Origin: Clostridium sp. CAG:710
GTDB lineage: Bacteria > Bacillota_I > Bacilli_A > RF39 > UBA660
DNA: 64,000 nucleotides
Direction of reading: 5' to 3'
Assembly (NCBI GenBank): GCA_000432595.1
Contig: HF996868.1
Coordinates: 65,241-129,240 of the forward strand
Shown here: positions 30,672-40,005 of the stretch, in pieces
How positions within the stretch are numbered: the first letter of the stretch is position 1
Layout of the letters: each line of letters opens with the position of its first letter
The notes under the pieces: generated by a model
What the model was told of the DNA's origin: nothing
The model's input: the letters and a program-made list of their open reading frames with translations, nothing else
Databases searched by the model: none
Position numbers and translations under genes: made by a program

Positions 30672-31802
30672 TTATTTCATAGTAGGTATTGAACTTATTG
30701 AACTTGCAATTTCAATTAACTCTATTTGACTCATAGCGTCTGATACTATGTAGTAATCTATTCCATTACTTGACCAGGTAATTGAATTATTGGTTAATGC
30801 GCCTATTGTATCTATTAGTAAATATGGTTCCCCTAATGTTGGTACTATGCTAAATTCATCACTTACTGAACTTGTCTCTTCTACTAATAAAAAGGGTTTT
30901 TCTCCATCAAATGTAAGGATTACTCTCTCTCCATCTGTTTTTGATACTTTTTCTTTATCTATTAATGATGTACCTGTTGGAATATATAATGGATATATAA
31001 TATCATCAATCGCACTTGATTGCTCTGTTGTTTTGTCTTTATTATTGCCTGGCGCTTTATCATTTATATTGTTATTGTTATTATTTTCTGTAGTAGTATT
31101 CTTATCTTTAGATGTTTGGTTATTATCATTATTATCTTTTGTATTATTTTTTAGTTTATCATCCGGATTTTCAATGTTGTCTATAATACTATTTAGGTCA
31201 AAATAATTAGAATTAAAATTGCTGTTGTAATCTATGTTATCGAATTTCATTGTCATTTGTGTTATTCCATTGTTATTTTGAACTTCTATTGTTTTTAAAT
31301 TTAATTTATTATCTAGAGTTATTACTTGTTTTGATAGTTCTGTGTTGTTTGGATAATTTACCTTTGTAGTAAATATGTAATTGCCATCTTTTTCTTCAAA
31401 TTTTCTTTCTGTATCATTTTTTATGTCATTAAGTATAGATGATAATAAATATATTTGTGAATTATTTTTTGGCCAATCACTTTGGAATTTAAAGCTTTTA
31501 TTTAGAGATGGTGTAACTACATAAACTCCATCACTGTTTTTTAGAATTATTTGCTCATGATTATTTGATTTATTAATTAAACTTACTCTGTAGTTATTAT
31601 CTTTTTTATAACTTGCATCTACTGTATATTGATAAGTATCATCATTATTTGTTATCTCTAATGTTCCTGTTACTCTATAGCTGCCCGCTTTATCGATTTT
31701 TTTCTTAAAATCTTTTATTGCATCATCCTCTCCATATTTTCCACACCCAACTAATAGAAGTGTAAAGAAAAAAATCATCAAAAATAAAATTTTCTTTTTC
31801 AT
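30672..31802 (-). CDS. Lipoprotein of unknown function with Asn-rich linker
   Basis: It has the lipobox LLLVGCGK. An N-terminal ~200-aa domain and a C-terminal ~120-aa domain are separated by NNTKDNNDNNQTSKDKNTTTENNNNNN. Confidence 0.75.
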   Translation of the reverse strand: MKKKILFLMIFFFTLLLVGCGKYGEDDAIKDFKKKIDKAGSYRVTGTLEITNNDDTYQYTVDASYKKDNNYRVSLINKSNNHEQIILKNSDGVYVVTPSLNKSFKFQSDWPKNNSQIYLLSSILNDIKNDTERKFEEKDGNYIFTTKVNYPNNTELSKQVITLDNKLNLKTIEVQNNNGITQMTMKFDNIDYNSNFNSNYFDLNSIIDNIENPDDKLKNNTKDNNDNNQTSKDKNTTTENNNNNNINDKAPGNNKDKTTEQSSAIDDIIYPLYIPTGTSLIDKEKVSKTDGERVILTFDGEKPFLLVEETSSVSDEFSIVPTLGEPYLLIDTIGALTNNSITWSSNGIDYYIVSDAMSQIELIEIASSISSIPTMK

Positions 31803-31919
31803 ATTTCACCCCAACTTTTTATTTTCATTTAATTATATGGTTATCTTTTTTTTATATTACCGAATAAAATAAGAATTTTTGTTTATTATAATAGTGAGTT
31901 AGTAAAAAGGAGGAAGATT

Positions 31920-32108
31920 ATGAAAACACTTCAAAGAATAGCTTTAGTTTTAACTATAATTGGAGCATTAAATTGGGGACTTATTGGATTTTTTGATTTC
32001 AATCTAGTTACAGCTTTATTTGGTGCGAATAACGTTGTTTCAAGAATAATATATTCGTTAATTGCTATTGCAGGTATAATTAATATTGGTCTATTTTTTG
32101 AGGACTAG
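31920..32108 (+). CDS. DUF378-family small membrane protein
   Basis: 62 aa, two TM helices, IGALNWGLIGFFDFNLV signature, AGGAGG RBS. Confidence 0.8.
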   Translation: MKTLQRIALVLTIIGALNWGLIGFFDFNLVTALFGANNVVSRIIYSLIAIAGIINIGLFFED

Positions 32109-32109
32109 A

Positions 32110-32133
32110 AAAGGAAGCTCTTAGGCTTCCTTT
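32110..32133. terminator. Bidirectional terminator hairpin
   Basis: AAAGGAAGC-TCTTAG-GCTTCCTTT followed by TATT, between convergent genes. Confidence 0.7.
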
Positions 32134-33479
32134 TATTCTGCACTTATTCTTACTTTAACTTTCTTTGCTTTAGATGTATATGTTATTTTATTATCATTTC
32201 CAGTTACTTTTATTTCCACTTCGTGTTCTCCAACTGATAAATCTGCTAGGTCTATATATGCATTTATTTTTGATGAATCAATGTCTTTTATAACTGATTC
32301 ACTACCGCTTATTATCACTGTTACACTACTATCTTCTTTACTTAATGCCTGTACCTTTAATCCTGATGCTAAGTTAATTGAATTTATTCTTACATCAGGT
32401 ATTTCTTTAGTTACAATATTATCAACTACCATATTTACGGTAATTTTAGTTGTACTCATTTCTCTTACACCAGCTGGTTTTTTTAGATTAACGTTATATT
32501 TTTTATTACCTTTTATTCCGCTTATATCTATTTGCGCAGTTACATATTCAATATCTTCTAGTGCTTGATCAGAACCATATATAGTTACTGAAGAGACATT
32601 AGATGTTAATGATTTAATTGCTTTGTTATCAAGTGAACCTTTTGTTTCAATTTTAATTGGAACTGTTTTACTAGGAGAACTTAGTTTTATGGTTGCATCT
32701 ACTTTTTCTGGTACTATTTCAACATCTAGTACATTTCCTTCTTGGTCATATGCTACTAATGGAACATCCTTCATAGTGACACTTCCAACTTTAGGATTAG
32801 TTAAATTATCAAAATCTATTAATGCTTTTACTGATGCAACTTTGGCTAGTTTATATTCTGCACCTTTTATTATTACATTATCTCTACTTAGAGTAACTGA
32901 TTCAATGTTTAACTTAGTATCAAGTCTATCTTTATGTATAACATCGTATGTAAGTTCTCTGTTTGCAGACATTTTTTCATATACAACAACAGTTACTATA
33001 GATGGATCTATTTTATATTCTACAGAGGAAACTTGTTGTTTATATTTAGTTGCTACACGATGAGTTCCGGGTTTTAAGTCTTGTAAGTCTAATGTTATTT
33101 CATCTGCAGGATATTGTTTTGCTAAATAAACATCCCATTTTCTACCAATTAAGGTTACATCTGCAGTTTTAGGTACTCCCTCTACTACATATAATTCTTC
33201 ATTGTATATAGCGCGTACTGGTTGACTATATAAAACTTCTGCTGAATTATCAACAAGTGTTGTGGTTTTTTGATCTACTGTATAAAATATTAAGAATGCT
33301 GCTATTAAGGATATTATTAATAATGATTGCTTGTTCATTAATACTCTTTCAATACCTTTTTTATTAGATTTGAAAAGGTTGCCAAATCCCATTATGAACT
33401 TTGTTATTGGAGTAATTATGTATTTATCAAAAACATCAGCTATACTTTTAAATATACTTTTTTTATTTGTCTTCTTCAT
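32133..33479 (-). CDS. cdaR: YbbR-domain protein, diadenylate cyclase regulator CdaR
   Basis: It has an N-terminal TM followed by repeated YbbR-like beta-rich modules, and overlaps the cdaA 3' end. The preferred start MKKTNKK at 33479 has a GAGGA RBS. Confidence 0.85.
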   Translation of the reverse strand: MKKTNKKSIFKSIADVFDKYIITPITKFIMGFGNLFKSNKKGIERVLMNKQSLLIISLIAAFLIFYTVDQKTTTLVDNSAEVLYSQPVRAIYNEELYVVEGVPKTADVTLIGRKWDVYLAKQYPADEITLDLQDLKPGTHRVATKYKQQVSSVEYKIDPSIVTVVVYEKMSANRELTYDVIHKDRLDTKLNIESVTLSRDNVIIKGAEYKLAKVASVKALIDFDNLTNPKVGSVTMKDVPLVAYDQEGNVLDVEIVPEKVDATIKLSSPSKTVPIKIETKGSLDNKAIKSLTSNVSSVTIYGSDQALEDIEYVTAQIDISGIKGNKKYNVNLKKPAGVREMSTTKITVNMVVDNIVTKEIPDVRINSINLASGLKVQALSKEDSSVTVIISGSESVIKDIDSSKINAYIDLADLSVGEHEVEIKVTGNDNKITYTSKAKKVKVRISAE

Positions 33480-34284
33480 AATTATCATCCTCTTCTACTT
33501 CTTCAATATCTTGTTTTGGTCTTAATTCATCAATTAACATCATTCTTATATCATCAATTGTAAGATTATAGAATAGTTCACCCTTTACTGCGATTGATAA
33601 TCTTCCAGTTTCTTCAGATACAACAAGTGCTATTGCATCAGTTTCTTCTGCTATGCCTAATGCCGCTCTATGTCTAGTACCTAATCTTTTATTTGTCTTT
33701 GGATTACTACTAGTTGGGAAAACTGCACCTGCACAGCTTATTTTATCACCTTGAATGATTACACCACCATCGTGTAATGGGTTGTTAGGGAAAAATATTG
33801 ATATTAGTAATTCACTAGTTATATCACCATATATCTTCTTAGCTTTTTCTATGTAATCACGTAAGCTTACATCACGTTCTATTACTATTAAAGCTCCGAT
33901 TTTCATTTTTCGTAAATATTCCATTGCTTGTACTATTTCATATACAAGTCTTTCTCTTTCATCTACTGTAAGTACTTTATGCCTTCCTAAAAGTTGGCTT
34001 CTTCCAAGCTGCTCTAATACTGTCCTAATTTCTGGTTGAAATATTATTATTAAGGCAAGTGGCCCCCACATAATTATGTACTCTAGTAATAGTCCAATTG
34101 TTACGAAATTAAATATATCACTAATTACTTTTAGAACAATTACTATAACCACACCTTTAAATATCAAGGTTAATTTTACACTATTTCTAATGCTTTTTAA
34201 TATGTAATATAGTACTAGCCATACCAACAAAATATCTATGGTTTTGTTTAATATGGACATAACACTTTCTAAAGTTATACTCAT
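33463..34284 (-). CDS. cdaA: Membrane-bound diadenylate cyclase CdaA
   Basis: It has three N-terminal TM helices and a DAC domain with PLHDGGVII and GTRHRAALGIAEETDAIALVVSEETG. Confidence 0.93.
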   Translation of the reverse strand: MSITLESVMSILNKTIDILLVWLVLYYILKSIRNSVKLTLIFKGVVIVIVLKVISDIFNFVTIGLLLEYIIMWGPLALIIIFQPEIRTVLEQLGRSQLLGRHKVLTVDERERLVYEIVQAMEYLRKMKIGALIVIERDVSLRDYIEKAKKIYGDITSELLISIFFPNNPLHDGGVIIQGDKISCAGAVFPTSSNPKTNKRLGTRHRAALGIAEETDAIALVVSEETGRLSIAVKGELFYNLTIDDIRMMLIDELRPKQDIEEVEEDDNYEEDK

Positions 34285-34426
34285 TTTATTCCTCCATCTT
34301 CATATAGTTACTATCTTGGGCTTAATATGAAGAATAAATATTATGATTTTCACACTAAGCAAGTATCACTAACTATTCCCTCTATTCTTTTATTATAATA
34401 TCACATCTTTTATTTTTTTTCTATTA

Positions 34427-35728
34427 CTATTTACCATATTCTTGAACTAATTTTTTAAAATGTTCTCCACGCTTTTCAAAATTTAAGTAAAATCCATAAC
34501 TTGCGGCCGCTGGTGACAATAGACATGTTTTGTTGTCTTTTGTGACTTTATACGACATTTTTACTGCTTCTTCCATATCTTTTACGCAAAATATATGTTT
34601 AGTTTGTGTATACTTTTCTAAGAGACATTTTATTCTTTCTTGGGTTGCTGGTAGCAAAATTATGTTTTGAACAGAACTTGTGGATAAAAATTCAGCAAGT
34701 GGTGTATAATCTAGGCCTCTATCCATACCACCTATTATTATAGTATCAACATCATTTATACTTTTTACAGCATTTATTACAGCTTCTTGGGCAGTTGCGA
34801 TTGAATCATTATAAAACTTTATGTTTTTAAACCTTCCAACATATTCTAATCTATGTTCCAATCCCTTGAATGTTTTAACTGCTGATAGGGCATCCTCTAC
34901 TTTTACACCTAGTATATTGGTTGCCATTATTGCGGTAATAATATTTTTTTTATTATGCTCTCCAAGTAGGCTTGTTTCTATTTTAGATGTGTCTATATTT
35001 AATGGATTATCATCTATATATAATTTATGTGCTACTAAATTATCTATTTCTTCTTGTTTTATGTATTTAAAAATATCGCCATATATTAGATAATCATTTT
35101 CATTAAGGTATTTATATATGTTCTTTTTACATCTTACATAAGCATCTATTCCTGTATAATGATCAAGATGTTCTTCATATACATTTAATAATATCGCAAT
35201 GTGTGGACTTTTTTTCACATATTCAAGTTGGTGACAAGACAGTTCATATACAAGTATTGTTTCATCTTTTAATTTGTCAATAACATTAAATGATGGTACT
35301 CCTATATTTCCAATCAAATATACATCATATCCATTATTTTTTAATATGTGGTATATAAGTGATGAGGTTGTGCTTTTACCTTTTGTTCCTGTAATACCTA
35401 CTATTTTATTTGGACAAAATCTTAAGAACATATCTGTTAGAGAAGTTATTTTTTCTTTTTCTTTGTCACTAATATAATCTTTTATTATTATTCCAGGAGA
35501 TTTTATTACTAAATCATAATCTTTAGTTGAATCTAAATAGTTATCCCCACAGTGTTTTTCTACATTATCTATATCTATTTCATTTTTATCAGCAATACCT
35601 AGTGATTTATATTTAATATTGTTTTCCTTTATAAAATTATATGCCGATTTTCCTTCTCTACCGAATCCTAATATTAGGATTTTTTTATTTGTTAGAAATT
35701 CAATTATTTTATTTTTCATTTGTATCAT
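34427..35728 (-). CDS. murD: UDP-N-acetylmuramoyl-L-alanine--glutamate ligase (MurD family; D- versus L-Glu specificity not decidable)
   Basis: It has a Rossmann N-terminus ILILGFGREGKS and the Mur ligase P-loop GITGTKGKSTT. The likelier start is MKNKII at 35719, which overlaps the upstream gene by 11 nt. Confidence 0.88.
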   Translation of the reverse strand: MIQMKNKIIEFLTNKKILILGFGREGKSAYNFIKENNIKYKSLGIADKNEIDIDNVEKHCGDNYLDSTKDYDLVIKSPGIIIKDYISDKEKEKITSLTDMFLRFCPNKIVGITGTKGKSTTSSLIYHILKNNGYDVYLIGNIGVPSFNVIDKLKDETILVYELSCHQLEYVKKSPHIAILLNVYEEHLDHYTGIDAYVRCKKNIYKYLNENDYLIYGDIFKYIKQEEIDNLVAHKLYIDDNPLNIDTSKIETSLLGEHNKKNIITAIMATNILGVKVEDALSAVKTFKGLEHRLEYVGRFKNIKFYNDSIATAQEAVINAVKSINDVDTIIIGGMDRGLDYTPLAEFLSTSSVQNIILLPATQERIKCLLEKYTQTKHIFCVKDMEEAVKMSYKVTKDNKTCLLSPAAASYGFYLNFEKRGEHFKKLVQEYGK

Positions 35729-37055
35729 ATCCCATCATCTTTAGAAAATTTTCATTTATAAAGTTTTCTGTATTAAAATAGTTTTCCACATTATAAGTTT
35801 TATTTGGATTATAAAGGTTATCTTTATAGTATTTCAAAAGCTTTGGAAGTTTTTTATATTTTTCTACTGCTAGTTTTAATGCATAGTCAACTTCTTCTTT
35901 TGTTCCAACGCACTCAAACGGCTTATTATAGTTGTTATTTATAAGTCCTAACAGCATATCTTTATTCTCTTCATTATCAAGCATGTTATTGTGGAAAATT
36001 TCTATTAGCTTTTTCTCATCCACAAATGGATATAACATTATAAATACATATAAGCATTTTGAACAAGCTCCACACCATGTATTTCTTTTACTTCCTATGT
36101 TACAGCTTCTAAATATATCTAAATATTTAGGTGCTTTTAAAAATCTTTGTAATATTTCAAATTCATTCCAACATCTTAGTATGCTAAAATATTCAATATA
36201 TGGCGTAAAGTACTTCATTGTATATTCTCTAAAATCACGTTCAAACTCAAAACTCTTTGAGTATTGATGATTAATGTTTAGTCCTTCAACATTGCCTTCA
36301 TTAGCACTTGCTTCATTTGACAACACAATATATTTTTTATTATTTAAATATGCCATGATATATGAAGCAAAGGCTAGACATGAGGAAAATGGTACATGTC
36401 CATTATAAAAACCTTGCTTATTTAGTTCCAACATTAATGGATCAAGCGTTACATTAAAGGATAATATGTCCTTGTCTTTATAACCAGCAGTATGAATTGC
36501 ATTTAAACTTGCTAAGTCATCCGGATAAATGTTTCTTTTATATAGAAAACAACTATTTTTAGATTTCTCTGGTTTTAATATCTCTAATGTTACGATTGAA
36601 TCTTTTCCTCCGCCTATTGGAATCAAATTTCCAATAAAGGTGTCTTTTACATTAAATGCACAAGATTGATCTTGAGCTTCAATATCTAGGAAATCATTAT
36701 ATTTAATATCTAGTTTATTTTTATATAATAATTCTCCCAGTCCATTATAAAATAGTTTCTTAAAGAATTCTTTTTGTTCTTTATTCAAACTACCACACTC
36801 TATTATAAACTTTTTTGCTATTGTTAATTTGTAGTAGTTTATTGCATTTATTATTCCAAAATTAAAGAATAAGTATTCTAAGAAGTTCTTATCTATATTT
36901 TTATTTGTTATATTTTCTCTATATATAGTCACAACTGGTTTAAATTCATAATCCGAAATTTTATATACATATGTTACAGTGATTTTATCTTCATTATAAA
37001 TTACCTTATAATCTTTATATATAAAGGTATTATATTTTTCTCTTATATCAAGCAT
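35709..37055 (-). CDS. PP-loop-like ATP-utilising enzyme of unknown function (candidate MurL-type glycopeptidyl-glutamate epimerase)
   Basis: Preferred start MLDIREKYN at 37055, with an AAGGAGG RBS. PIGGGKDSIV resembles the SGGxDS PP-loop. A CGACSKC cluster occurs near residue 340. It is translationally coupled to murD. Confidence 0.4.
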   Translation of the reverse strand: MLDIREKYNTFIYKDYKVIYNEDKITVTYVYKISDYEFKPVVTIYRENITNKNIDKNFLEYLFFNFGIINAINYYKLTIAKKFIIECGSLNKEQKEFFKKLFYNGLGELLYKNKLDIKYNDFLDIEAQDQSCAFNVKDTFIGNLIPIGGGKDSIVTLEILKPEKSKNSCFLYKRNIYPDDLASLNAIHTAGYKDKDILSFNVTLDPLMLELNKQGFYNGHVPFSSCLAFASYIMAYLNNKKYIVLSNEASANEGNVEGLNINHQYSKSFEFERDFREYTMKYFTPYIEYFSILRCWNEFEILQRFLKAPKYLDIFRSCNIGSKRNTWCGACSKCLYVFIMLYPFVDEKKLIEIFHNNMLDNEENKDMLLGLINNNYNKPFECVGTKEEVDYALKLAVEKYKKLPKLLKYYKDNLYNPNKTYNVENYFNTENFINENFLKMMGYDTNEK

Positions 37056-37056
37056 G

Positions 37057-37596
37057 TTATACCTCCTTGTTTTTTGAATAATAACTATCAATTGATGCGA
37101 CTAAAAACTTAGCTTCATCATCTATTACATAATCTAACTCGCTTTTATGGTCATATTTAATTCTTTCAGTTATAAATGATGTACATAATTTATCTACAAT
37201 ATCAGAATCTTCAAATACAACTTTTGTTTTTCCTACACCATATTTTTCAAGGCCAATGTTAATCATACTTATTGTATTGTAATATTCACTATTTTCTGAA
37301 GTTTTCTTTTTCCTATAATAATAGTATGTCTTTACCGCATTTTTAATTAATTCCATTCTTATGGCTGTATATCCACAATTTATTAAATCTTCTCTTATAT
37401 TGTTTTCTCTTGAAAAGTAGTCATAATTTTTATTTAATGCAACTTCTTTTAATGCATTTGTTGTATTTTTTAATGCATAATTCATTGCCTCTTCTCTAGT
37501 TATTTCTGTATTACTTTTAAAATATTCTTCAAATGATATTTTAAACATTAGATAACAAGATCTATCTATTATTTCAAGTGCTTTTATATGAATCAC
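37057..37596 (-). CDS. Hypothetical protein (start uncertain)
   Basis: 179-aa ORF whose stop lies 1 nt from the next gene's ATG. The GTG at 37596 abuts GGGAG with no spacer, so the true start is unclear. Confidence 0.55.
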   Translation of the reverse strand: MIHIKALEIIDRSCYLMFKISFEEYFKSNTEITREEAMNYALKNTTNALKEVALNKNYDYFSRENNIREDLINCGYTAIRMELIKNAVKTYYYYRKKKTSENSEYYNTISMINIGLEKYGVGKTKVVFEDSDIVDKLCTSFITERIKYDHKSELDYVIDDEAKFLVASIDSYYSKNKEV

Positions 37597-37668
37597 TCCC
37601 TATTAATTTCTATAAATATTATACAAGATTGTATCTATTAAATCAAATCAGTTTAAAAAAATATTGAA

Positions 37669-38184
37669 CTAGTCAATATTTTTTTTATTATCCTCTTCAA
37701 GGGACTTTAGAATTTTGTTTTGATTAGTAATAATTTTTTCCATTTTATCATGCAAATCTTCTAATATTAATTCGCTTTTTAAATCTGTTTTATAGTCATT
37801 CTGACTACGCATACTATCTTTTTTTGCTGCCCTATTTTGACTCATCATAATTATTGGAGCCTGAAGTGCCGCAACACATGATAATACTAAATTCAATAAT
37901 ATAAATGGATATGGATCTACATTTTTAAATGCATATAGATTTAGTAATATCCATAATATTAAAAATAAAGTAAATCCGATTATAAAGCTCCAACTACCTG
38001 CGACTTCTGTTAATTTATCTGCAACTTTGTCTCCTAGTTTTTCTGTATCTTTGTCTTGCTTATCAACATCTACCGCAATTGGTTGACCAATTAATAAATC
38101 AAGTAATTGTTCCTCATCCTCTATATCTAAATTTTTGTTTAAAAGCATTTTAACTATTTCTTTTTTTGTTTTTCTTTTTTCCAT
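37669..38184 (-). CDS. DUF1003-family membrane protein
   Basis: GSWSFIIGFTLFLILWILLN...DPYPFILLNLVLSCVAALQAPIIMMSQNR matches the DUF1003 pattern. Confidence 0.8.
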   Translation of the reverse strand: MEKRKTKKEIVKMLLNKNLDIEDEEQLLDLLIGQPIAVDVDKQDKDTEKLGDKVADKLTEVAGSWSFIIGFTLFLILWILLNLYAFKNVDPYPFILLNLVLSCVAALQAPIIMMSQNRAAKKDSMRSQNDYKTDLKSELILEDLHDKMEKIITNQNKILKSLEEDNKKNID

Positions 38185-38241
38185 ACTATCACCTATAAAA
38201 ATAATACAACTTATTTGTGTTAATGTAAATAAAGGTTAACG

Positions 38242-39156
38242 TTATTTTATTATTTTATTCAGCCATTTTAAAATATCATTATAAACAACTTCGTTTTCTA
38301 ATTCATTTAGAATTTCGTGTCTTTGATTCGGATACAGTATCCCTTTTATATTCTTGTATCCCAAGTTTTTTAAGAAGACTTGTGCGATGTTCCAATCTTT
38401 TTCTGATGATATTACAGGATCATCTTCACCTGCAATAAATAATATAGGAAGGGGTGGGTTCTTTTTACTATATATCTTAGGATTATAAGTATCCAACATT
38501 AGTCTTACTATATTTTCATATCCATTTAATGTATATTCATACTGGCACAGTTCATCTTCATTATATTTTTTTACTATTTCATTGTTAGTACATATCCAAT
38601 TATTTGGTAATTCACCTTTCTTGTTGTATCCTCCAAACATTAATTTTTTAATTAATTTACTACGATGTTTGTCACCTTTTATTTTCTCCATTATCTTAAT
38701 TATTTTTAAACCAAATGCTGCTGCCTTGTTTTTACTTGGTGAACCACAAACAATTAGTCCATCTATTATATCATCATATTTAGAAATGTATTTTCTTACT
38801 ATCATTGAGCCCATACTGTGACCCATAAGGATTATTTTTTGTGTTTTATATCTTTTTCTTAAGTATTTTGTTAATTGATGTAGGTCGTCTACAACAAAAT
38901 CTGCTTTTTCATCATAAAAGTAGCCTAGGTCATCTTTACTTTTTAAGCTTTTCCCATGCCCTCGGTGATCATTTATAAAAGTAGCATATCCATTACTTGC
39001 TAAAAACTTCATAAAGTCAATATACCTTTCTTTATGTTCATTCATTCCGTGTGCAAGTTGGACTACACCATTTATTTCTTTATCAGGTTCTATTAATAGA
39101 CAGTCAAGAACTAATCCGTCCATTTCTGATTTTATTTTAATTTTTTCTTCTTTCAC
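38242..39156 (-). CDS. Alpha/beta hydrolase (lysophospholipase / monoacylglycerol-lipase-like)
   Basis: 304 aa with the nucleophile elbow GHSMGS, an HG oxyanion region VQLAHGMNEH, and a C-terminal D...H. Confidence 0.8.
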   Translation of the reverse strand: MKEEKIKIKSEMDGLVLDCLLIEPDKEINGVVQLAHGMNEHKERYIDFMKFLASNGYATFINDHRGHGKSLKSKDDLGYFYDEKADFVVDDLHQLTKYLRKRYKTQKIILMGHSMGSMIVRKYISKYDDIIDGLIVCGSPSKNKAAAFGLKIIKIMEKIKGDKHRSKLIKKLMFGGYNKKGELPNNWICTNNEIVKKYNEDELCQYEYTLNGYENIVRLMLDTYNPKIYSKKNPPLPILFIAGEDDPVISSEKDWNIAQVFLKNLGYKNIKGILYPNQRHEILNELENEVVYNDILKWLNKIIK

Positions 39157-39202
39157 ATTATCATCCTCTTTTTTATTTTATCATGTTTTCTTACCCTAAA
39201 CT

Positions 39203-39228
39203 AAAAAAAGTTAACAATTGTTAACTTT
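39203..39228 (-). terminator. Rho-independent terminator
   Basis: Perfect palindrome AAAGTTAAC-AATT-GTTAACTTT followed on the minus strand by TTTTTAG. Confidence 0.75.
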
Positions 39229-39502
39229 AAAGAGTATGTCCTTTACTATCTTTTTCATTCTCATTTATATCATATGCCATTAATTGTGTTTGTAGTTTTC
39301 CATCTCTATTAAAGGCTTCAAGAGCATAATCAGAATCTATTTCTTTTACTCCATAATAAGCTCCTGCTTCTTTACGAAAGCTTTCCATTTTACTACCATA
39401 TAATTCTGAATCCTCATCCGTTAGTACACCTTTTTCCTTTTTGTCCATACATTTGTTGTAGGTATCCCTTAAATCAATATATTTTTTTACTATTTCTTCC
39501 AT
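39227..39502 (-). CDS. Small hypothetical protein
   Basis: Preferred start MEEIVKKYIDL at 39502, with an AAAGGAA RBS. It is 91 aa and carries no recognised motif. Confidence 0.55.
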   Translation of the reverse strand: MEEIVKKYIDLRDTYNKCMDKKEKGVLTDEDSELYGSKMESFRKEAGAYYGVKEIDSDYALEAFNRDGKLQTQLMAYDINENEKDSKGHTL

Positions 39503-39583
39503 AATATTTTCCTTTCTGGATATAATTATTATCATACCATATTTATATTTAAAGTTGAACTCGTGTCCAACTGAATTCTTTAA

Positions 39584-39962
39584 TGGTGGAGCCGGGGAGA
39601 ATCGAACTCCCGTCCAAAAAGGATGACAGATAGACTTCTACAAGTTTAGTTAATTAACTAAATTTACTATACAACAAGTAATTAACAACCAATTATATAG
39701 CTAGTCTATAAAATTTCATCTTGGCACATAGACATTGCAAAGATATATCCTACTAAAATAAGCCCTAGATAATTCCCGTAGGAAAAGAACTATATAGAGC
39801 GCATTCCCTAATTAGATTAGGCAAAAGCTACAGCGTTCTTATTGAACATTGAAGCGAATGCTTCTTTAATTTTGTTTCCAGTTATTTTAACTGTTGCAAT
39901 TTAAGGTTTGCTTCCTACTTGCTATCTAAATTCTATCCTTTCTGTCGAAACCAGTCGGCCCC
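39584..39962 (-). ncRNA. ssrA: tmRNA (SsrA)
   Basis: The minus strand starts GGGGCCGACTGGTTTCGACAG and ends GGACGGGAGTTCGATTCTCCCCGGCTCCACCA. The acceptor stem carries the G3:U pair. An internal tag reading frame ends ...AAC GCT GTA GCT TTT GCC TAA (NAVAFA stop). It lies directly downstream of smpB. Confidence 0.95.
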
Positions 39963-39971
39963 GTAGAAGAG

Positions 39972-40000
39972 ATTATACTATATTTTATGCTTTTTTTCAA
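39972..40000 (-). promoter_or_regulatory. ssrA promoter
   Basis: The minus strand reads TTGAAA (40000-39995), a 17-nt spacer, then TATAAT (39977-39972), 9 nt before the tmRNA 5' GGGG. Confidence 0.8.
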
Positions 40001-40005
40001 TACTT

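Noticed and set aside
30790-31206. 138-aa plus-strand ORF inside the lipoprotein gene
   Set aside because: It is antisense to a gene with a clear lipobox and operon context. Its Ser/Leu/Val-rich low-complexity translation is typical of shadow frames.
32623-33063. 146-aa plus-strand ORF inside cdaR
   Set aside because: It is antisense to the YbbR-repeat gene that is translationally coupled to cdaA. It has no start context and a shadow-frame composition.
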